Assembly: GCA_023133295.1 (NCBI GenBank)
Contig: JAGLWT010000133.1
Span: 5,054 to 69,053, forward strand
DNA: 64,000 nt
Direction: 5' to 3'
Source of the DNA: a bacterium
GTDB taxonomy: Bacteria; AUK180
Shown one piece after another: positions 58,308 through 64,000 of the stretch (position 1 is the first letter of the stretch; each line of letters begins with the position of its first letter). The notes under the pieces are model-generated. The model saw nothing but the letters and a program-made list of their open reading frames with translations. It was not told the DNA's origin and did not search any database. A program made the position numbers and the translations under genes.

Positions 58308-59569
58308 ATTTTCTCCTTCAAAAAATCGCCTAACAGGTATAAAGAACCTGTGACCATCAGCATATCACCCTTTTTAAGATGAATACTTTGCATTATTGCT
58401 TCAGGTCTTCGTATTATTGTATATTTTTTTGCATATTTTTCCAAATATTTGATGTATGAATCTACACTTCTCGCGCGCACAGAATCAAATCCTGTGACGA
58501 CAACATGATCAAAGAGCGGAAATAATATTTGAGATACATGGTAAAGGGGTTTTTTCTTGACCATGCCGAAGAGAAGAACCCTCTCCCCTTTTACCGAATT
58601 CAGTTTTTTCCTCAATGTTTCTTTAAGCCCCAAGGCGCCGCTTTTATTGTGGCAGCCGTCGATCACTACATATGGAACGCGGGAAAGGACGGAAAGCCGA
58701 CCAAGCCAATTCACCTTTGATAATCCTTTTCTTAAAATATTCTCATCGGGAGTACCGAAAAGTAATGCGTCAGCCCGCAATGCCAAATGCAGATTGGCCA
58801 ATTGATGGCTGCCTCCCAATGAGAACGCCAGGCGTGAATACCTTTGGCCCTTCAAAGTTATTGACACCACTGATCCGCCAAGCTCCATGGTATCGGGCTC
58901 TATCTGTATTTTATCTTCTATCGGGCAAATACCATGCCTCTTCTTTCCTTCCTCCATTATCACTTTCCTGATCCTCGGTGAAGGTTCTTCTGTCAGAAAA
59001 GGCCGGCCGCTCTTAATAATCGCGGCCTTCTCTTTAGCGATCAGCGTTTTACTCTTTCCCAGAAGGCGGCGGTGATCATAATCGATCATCGTGATCAGAG
59101 ACAATTCCGGTATCACAATATTAGTAGCGTCCAACCGACCGCCGAGCCCGACCTCCAGAATGGCCCAATCAACCTTCTGATCCCGGAAATATAAGAAGGC
59201 GGCCATTGCGGATATCTCAAAGAAAGACGGATCTATCCCTGCCTTTTTTGAGCGGCGAACAATTGTTCTTAAATAACGCTTAAGGGGTTTGTCAGCGATC
59301 TCTGCTTTATTTATACGAAAGCGCTCATTATAATTCACAAGGTGAGGTGATGTGAACAATCCTGTTTTCAATCCCCTGGCGCACATCAGCGACTCCAATA
59401 TGGCGCAGGTCGAACCTTTGCCGTTGGTTCCTGTAACATGTACGATCTTTAATTCTTTTTCAGGATTATCAAAAAGATCTGCAAGGGCGGTAATATTGTT
59501 AAGGTCGTATTTGATTTCATTTTGTTTTTTTTTGTAGATCGATTCCAAAAAGGCGGAATCAATTGCCAT
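58289..59569 (-). CDS. folC: Folylpolyglutamate synthase/dihydrofolate synthase
   Basis: [40 protein letters not shown]. Confidence 0.95.
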   Translation of the reverse strand: MAIDSAFLESIYKKKQNEIKYDLNNITALADLFDNPEKELKIVHVTGTNGKGSTCAILESLMCARGLKTGLFTSPHLVNYNERFRINKAEIADKPLKRYLRTIVRRSKKAGIDPSFFEISAMAAFLYFRDQKVDWAILEVGLGGRLDATNIVIPELSLITMIDYDHRRLLGKSKTLIAKEKAAIIKSGRPFLTEEPSPRIRKVIMEEGKKRHGICPIEDKIQIEPDTMELGGSVVSITLKGQRYSRLAFSLGGSHQLANLHLALRADALLFGTPDENILRKGLSKVNWLGRLSVLSRVPYVVIDGCHNKSGALGLKETLRKKLNSVKGERVLLFGMVKKKPLYHVSQILFPLFDHVVVTGFDSVRARSVDSYIKYLEKYAKKYTIIRRPEAIMQSIHLKKGDMLMVTGSLYLLGDFLKEKIWLKLS

Positions 59570-60404
59570 CTACATATCCGAGTATCTTAAATAGGGTATC
59601 TTTGAAATCCTTTCTTTTGACGATCGCATCAACCATCCCGTGTTCCATTAAGAATTCAGATTTTTGAAAGCCCTCAGGGAGTTCCTGTTTTATCGTCTGC
59701 TGTATCACTCGCGCACCCGCAAAGCCTACCAGGGCATTGGGTTCAGCGATATTAATATCACCGAGCATTGCAAATGATGCCGTCACGCCGCCGGTCGTTG
59801 GGTCAAGGAGAACACTGATATAAGGCAGACCCTCTTTTTCCAATTGAGCGAGCATCGCCGAGGTCTTCGCCATCTGCATCAGGGAGTAGATCGATTCCTG
59901 CATTCGGGCACCGCCGGAAGATGAAACTATGATAAGGGGCAATTTATTTTCTATGGCATGTTCAATAAGGCGGGCTATCTTCTCGCCTTCTGCGGAGCCG
60001 AGCGACCCCCCCATGAACTCAAAATTGAGAAATCCGATAGCGACAGATATACCGTTGATCAGTGCGGAACCACAGATAAAAGCCGATTTCTGAGATGTCT
60101 TGCTGATGGCTTTCTGAATGCGTTTTTTATAGGGCAAAGAATCTTTGAAATCCAGGGGGTCAAGGCACGATATGTCAGGAAATATCTCCGAAAAGGAATT
60201 CTCGTCAGTGAAGAATCTTAACTTCTCAGCAAAATTCAACCGGAAGTGATAGCCGCAACTGGTGCAAACATAATCCACTTCGATAAGATTCTTCTTCCAG
60301 ATTATCTCACCGCATTGGGGACACTTACTCCATACTTCTTTCTTAATATCTACCGGACTGTTCTTGGCTTTGTTCGGCTTATTTTTTCTTGAAAACCACC
60401 CCAT
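59559..60404 (-). CDS. accD: Acetyl-CoA carboxylase carboxyltransferase beta subunit
   Basis: CPQC..CTSC zinc finger, FMGGSLG, SGGARMQE, PTTGGVTASFAMLGD. Confidence 0.96.
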   Translation of the reverse strand: MGWFSRKNKPNKAKNSPVDIKKEVWSKCPQCGEIIWKKNLIEVDYVCTSCGYHFRLNFAEKLRFFTDENSFSEIFPDISCLDPLDFKDSLPYKKRIQKAISKTSQKSAFICGSALINGISVAIGFLNFEFMGGSLGSAEGEKIARLIEHAIENKLPLIIVSSSGGARMQESIYSLMQMAKTSAMLAQLEKEGLPYISVLLDPTTGGVTASFAMLGDINIAEPNALVGFAGARVIQQTIKQELPEGFQKSEFLMEHGMVDAIVKRKDFKDTLFKILGYVDGN

Positions 60405-60415
60405 GGTCCACCTCT

Positions 60416-61180
60416 TTAAATCTCAATTATCTCATCTTCATACAGCAGCTGCAGAGCAAGGTCAACATCTTTGGGAAAAAGATCCTGAACGATGTCATCA
60501 ATGAACATCGGTTTGATGTGATATATATAGATATCCGTCTCCTGATGCTTGAGTTTCTTGAGTTCCTCACGCAATAACGAGGGACAAAGATGTTTGGATA
60601 CCTTAGCGATATTCAGCAAGCGGTCAGGGAACGATACCTCGATTATCATTGCGTCAAGATAATCAAGTTTATTTACATAGTCCCACATTTCCGGCGCTTC
60701 TATCATATCGCCTGTATAGAGGAAATTCTTCCCATCCTGCTTGATATGAAATCCGGAAGACGGCACGATATGATTCGTTGGCAGCGGAGTGATCTCAACT
60801 CCACCAACATCCATTGTCTCATAATATTCGATAGTGGCAAAATCGATCCGCGGTGTTCCTGAATCGGGCAATTTCGTAAAGTCAACCCATACATCTGAAT
60901 TGAAAAGATGATCTCTAATGGCCTTGATGACAGGTGGGATCGCATGTAAGTGAATGGTCTTGTCTGTCAATGAAAAAATATTGTCGATGAAGAACGCTAT
61001 TCCGGTTATGTGGTCAAGGTGCGCATGCGTGATAAATATGTGATCTATATTCAGCTGCTCTTCGAGATCCATTCTGTTCAAGGACCCCGCATCAAGAGCG
61101 ATATTATCGTTCAATATGAAAGTTGTCAGATGATATCCGCTAAGCGCAGCGCCGTATGCACCCACTACCTTTATTTTCAT
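60416..61180 (-). CDS. Metallo-beta-lactamase-fold class II-like cyclic nucleotide phosphodiesterase
   Basis: LDAG, ITHAHLDH, HLFNSDVWVDF, NHIVP, YTGD, EVSFP, HLCP, YHIKP. Confidence 0.8.
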   Translation of the reverse strand: MKIKVVGAYGAALSGYHLTTFILNDNIALDAGSLNRMDLEEQLNIDHIFITHAHLDHITGIAFFIDNIFSLTDKTIHLHAIPPVIKAIRDHLFNSDVWVDFTKLPDSGTPRIDFATIEYYETMDVGGVEITPLPTNHIVPSSGFHIKQDGKNFLYTGDMIEAPEMWDYVNKLDYLDAMIIEVSFPDRLLNIAKVSKHLCPSLLREELKKLKHQETDIYIYHIKPMFIDDIVQDLFPKDVDLALQLLYEDEIIEI

Positions 61181-61186
61181 AGTTTG

Positions 61187-61215
61187 ATTTTACTATAAAG
61201 AAGAACAAAAATCAA
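61187..61215 (-). promoter_or_regulatory. Sigma70-type promoter of the long minus-strand operon, probably leaderless
   Basis: TTGATT-17 nt-TAAAAT, then 6 nt to ATG 61180; no SD. Confidence 0.55.
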
Positions 61216-61357
61216 GGTGAATCCGTGCGATGCCTGATGTGGGAAGATCGCGAACGGATAGCGGTCTAAGGGTGTAGAGGGAATTATATCAGATGCTGGA
61301 ATTAATATGCCTCTGTGGTATAATGCGATACATGGAAATCAATGGAAGGAAAGTGAT

Positions 61358-62422
61358 ATGAAAAAGGGAATTTTAAGAGGCATTTTGATTGTTGCCGGAA
61401 CTGCGTTTACTTGTTCGAAACAAAAGAAGGCAGCATCCAATAAATTCGGATTCTACAAGGTAGATGGTAAAAAATCTTTGACCATAGCAAGTGGAAAAAG
61501 ACTTGAGGATCCAAATGATCGCCTGACGGATAATGAAATTGAAGCAGTAATTATCGAAAGAACAAGAATGATTGAGGAAAAACACAGCACCAAAATATAC
61601 ATCGATTGGAGGGAGAGACATACTGAATTTTTAGTCAAGGAGGGAGATAGAATAATCCCTTTTCTTGAACCACTATTGAGTAGTTCAAACCAGTACCATA
61701 AAGCTTATGCAATGGATTTACTGCTAAGAATCAACTCAGATGAGAGTATGACAGCAGCGTATGATAAAATAAATGGTTTTTATAACAATGAACACCATTG
61801 GTTACTTGATTATATTATTCGGATATTTTTAGAGAACGACGAAAAAGATTTGTATATTAGTAGTATCTGTGAGAAAATAGTCACCCGCAATGATTCTAAA
61901 TTATCCGTATTGGCAACCAGGTATCTATGGAAAAATCATGGAGCTAAGTATATGGATAGATTTTTGAGGTTTTCTACAATGGATACTACGGATGAAATAT
62001 TTATTGCATTTCTAAATGAGCTGCTTCATATAGTGGACATAGATGGAACGGATAAATATGATGGATTTATTGACTTCCGAATTAAATTCAGAGAACGCGC
62101 GATTAAACTTTCTGAGGAGGAGTCTCCTAGTTGGGAAGCTATTTATCCTATAATGTTATATTTATCTACGGTGGAAGAAAAATGGTTTGCAAGTAATTGG
62201 GTAAAATTATATAAGAACTCGGCATCTGACCGTAGCGGCAATGACAAAAAGGTTGCAGTCAGAAGGGGAGTTGTCAGAAATGATATGGCTTACAGCAGGA
62301 TTGAAGAATTGAAAACGCTCGTTTCAAATGAACAGTACGAGAATATTATATATTTCCTTGATAAGGAAAGGAAAATATTGCTTCAATCAAGGAAAACTGG
62401 GGACGATAGTTCACAAAATTAA
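61358..62422 (+). CDS. Hypothetical alpha-helical (HEAT-like) lipoprotein
   Basis: Extended -10 TGgTATAAT at 61316-61324. MKKGILRGILIVAGTAFTC lipobox-like start. IIPFLEPLL..AMDLLLRI HEAT-like pattern. AT-rich and opposite in strand to its neighbours. Confidence 0.65.
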   Translation: MKKGILRGILIVAGTAFTCSKQKKAASNKFGFYKVDGKKSLTIASGKRLEDPNDRLTDNEIEAVIIERTRMIEEKHSTKIYIDWRERHTEFLVKEGDRIIPFLEPLLSSSNQYHKAYAMDLLLRINSDESMTAAYDKINGFYNNEHHWLLDYIIRIFLENDEKDLYISSICEKIVTRNDSKLSVLATRYLWKNHGAKYMDRFLRFSTMDTTDEIFIAFLNELLHIVDIDGTDKYDGFIDFRIKFRERAIKLSEEESPSWEAIYPIMLYLSTVEEKWFASNWVKLYKNSASDRSGNDKKVAVRRGVVRNDMAYSRIEELKTLVSNEQYENIIYFLDKERKILLQSRKTGDDSSQN

Positions 62423-62438
62423 TATTCCACTATGCTGT

Positions 62439-62474
62439 TAGTACTTTCGTATTTAGCTAAATACGAAAGTACTA
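62439..62474. repeat. Perfect 36-bp palindrome downstream of arsR
   Basis: TAGTACTTTCGTATTTAG|CTAAATACGAAAGTACTA, no spacer. Confidence 0.95.
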
Positions 62475-62478
62475 TAAG

Positions 62479-62763
62479 TCAATCTCTTTCTATGCATTTC
62501 AAACTGTCCTCTATTATTTTACCAAGACATTTCTTTTTGATCTTGTAGAAAATATTGTTATCTTCCGTTCTGAAAGTCAGAAGATCAAGTTCATGCAGGA
62601 ATCTCAAATGTCGTGATACCGTAGGCATGCTCCTGCCCGCTAATTCAGTAAGAGATGTCACATTCGCTTCACCATGAAATAAATGACGGATAATTTTATA
62701 CCTCGTAACATTTCCCATCATCTTGAAAAGCTGAATAACTCTTTTTTCCTGATCACTAATCAT
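62479..62763 (-). CDS. ArsR/SmtB family transcriptional regulator
   Basis: LFKMMGNVTRYKII, NVTSL, SMPTVSRHLRFL, FYKI. GGGAGG SD before ATG 62763. Confidence 0.9.
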   Translation of the reverse strand: MISDQEKRVIQLFKMMGNVTRYKIIRHLFHGEANVTSLTELAGRSMPTVSRHLRFLHELDLLTFRTEDNNIFYKIKKKCLGKIIEDSLKCIERD

Positions 62764-62773
62764 ATCCCCTCCC

Positions 62774-62850
62774 CGCATTTAGCGATTAATCTAAATACGA
62801 TTCTTCCTGGTATAATGTTCACTTTCGTATTTAGCTAAATACGCAAGTAC
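62774..62850. promoter_or_regulatory. Two operator-like palindromes upstream of arsR
   Basis: 62821-62850 ACTTTCGTATTTAGCTAAATACGCAAGTAC (one mismatch to the downstream palindrome) and 62774-62799 CGCATTTAG-8 nt-CTAAATACG. Confidence 0.75.
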
Positions 62851-62852
62851 CA

Positions 62853-63662
62853 TCACACATCTCTTCCGATTTCTGCAGAATATATTTCGCGGGCATCCCC
62901 GATAAGATAAATTTCGTTCACAATACCATTTGAAATATCGATCTCTATTGTCAAGACAATTCCGCTTTTTGTTGTAACATGGACCGGAGATTTCACATCT
63001 TCATTTTGTATAGCGATAAGAGCACACGCTACCGCCCCTGTACCGCAGGCGAGAGTTTCATTTTCCACTCCCCTTTCATATGTTCTGATATTAATGGAAT
63101 TTTTTCCCGTTGCTTCATACCAGTCAACATTTGTTCCCTGCGGTGCGAATGTCTCATGATGTCGAAAGAAATTCCCGGCACTTATGATCTCCCCTTTGGG
63201 TAATCCCTTGATAACATAATGAGGTACTCCTGTGTTTATATACTCTCCAGAAATATTTATATCTTTATACATTATCGTATACCCTTCCGATGCCTCCGCC
63301 GTGACAAGTTTCAATCGCACCTGGTCTCCCTGAATAACTGAATAGTATTTTCCGGAAGCCGTAACAAAAGACATATCTTTTCCCGCAATGCCTTCACGGT
63401 AGGCAAACATCGACACACATCTCCCGCCATTACCGCACATATCGGCAGCGCTGCCGTCCGCATTGAAGTAAAGCATTTCAAAATCCGCATCGGGCGACGG
63501 CTGAATAACGATCAGCCCGTCCGCACCCGCAGATAGCGCGCGCGGACAAAGGGTTTTTGCCAACCCTCCCCAATTCTCCTTATACTGTATGGTATAATTA
63601 TTTATCATTATAAAATCATTGCCCGCGCCTGAATACTTAGTAAATTTCACTGCTTTTCCCAT
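62853..63662 (-). CDS. dapF: Diaminopimelate epimerase
   Basis: FTKYSGAGNDF, GADG, NADGS.ADMCGNG, NTGVPH, RTYERGVENETLACGTG. Start at 63662 with GGAG SD. Confidence 0.96.
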   Translation of the reverse strand: MGKAVKFTKYSGAGNDFIMINNYTIQYKENWGGLAKTLCPRALSAGADGLIVIQPSPDADFEMLYFNADGSAADMCGNGGRCVSMFAYREGIAGKDMSFVTASGKYYSVIQGDQVRLKLVTAEASEGYTIMYKDINISGEYINTGVPHYVIKGLPKGEIISAGNFFRHHETFAPQGTNVDWYEATGKNSINIRTYERGVENETLACGTGAVACALIAIQNEDVKSPVHVTTKSGIVLTIEIDISNGIVNEIYLIGDAREIYSAEIGRDV

Positions 63663-63664
63663 TC

Positions 63665-64000
63665 TTATAACTCCATCCACTTTTTCAATAGGGATTCTTT
63701 CACGCTCTCGCTCAATGGACACGCCTTTCGCCGGGAGCATATCTCCGTGAGCATCATTCCAACCGACACGGAAACATTGAGCGATTGTGAGAATCCCATA
63801 GGATCTATGATCACATTTCCCGAAGCGGCTGCGATAATGTCTTTTTCCTTAAATCCCAGGCCTTCGCTGCCGAAGCCGAATATTAATTTACCATCAACCA
63901 CGGTCGTTCTGAAGGAATGAGCGTCCTCGGACAACATAGTCAGATAGAGTTTATAGCCGTTCTCTTCCACCCAGATCAAATATTCCTCGGTCTGCTCATA
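63665..64000 (-). CDS. TrmH/SpoU-family RNA methyltransferase (5' part outside window)
   Basis: FGSEGLG, PMGFSQSLNVSVS SPOUT motifs. Confidence 0.85.
   Translation of the reverse strand, partial: YEQTEEYLIWVEENGYKLYLTMLSEDAHSFRTTVVDGKLIFGFGSEGLGFKEKDIIAAASGNVIIDPMGFSQSLNVSVSVGMMLTEICSRRKACPLSESVKESLLKKWMEL

Noticed and set aside
61220-61262. Imperfect hairpin ATCCGTGCGAT..ATCGCGAACGGAT as an ncRNA
   Set aside because: Single short stem with no second copy or known motif.
802-63203. Numerous short ORFs antisense to or nested in the called genes
   Set aside because: They are shadows of well-supported genes on the other strand or frame, with no motifs of their own.

Overview
Bacterial chromosomal window from a diderm organism (lptB, kdsC and an LptC-like gene are present); the lineage cannot be assigned from sequence alone. 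Core genes occupy both ends. On the left are partial mnmG, a PAP2-family membrane enzyme, pcrA/uvrD and a PilT/PilU ATPase. On the right are a surface-polysaccharide cluster (36.2-44.9 kb), a 17-gene minus-strand run (cyclic-nucleotide phosphodiesterase, accD, folC, MsmK-type ATPase, kdsC, lptC-like, lptB, rpoN, hpf, hprK, mannose-type PTS with a GH57 gene inside it, ptsH, ptsI), dapF and a partial TrmH-like gene. There are three accessory zones. (1) At 5.7-13.5 kb, a clostripain/P-domain mega-protein, a lipoprotein and a PEMT-type methyltransferase are each bracketed by copies of an unannotated ~100-bp imperfectly palindromic repeat. (2) At 17.4-35.8 kb, a visibly AT-rich island holds a four-gene signal-peptide-bearing Rhs operon (giant surface protein, TPR, Rhs with HExxH tip, propeller-like putative immunity), a scrambled relic of a paralogous operon, a DUF4365-like gene, an IS481-family transposase with a ~150-bp direct repeat at both ends, and a 58-aa ORF paired with a papain/C39-like protein. 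(3) At 61.3-62.9 kb, a helical lipoprotein sits next to an ArsR gene flanked by near-identical palindromes. No tRNA, rRNA or CRISPR array was recognised. All alignments and counts were done by eye and no database searches were run.
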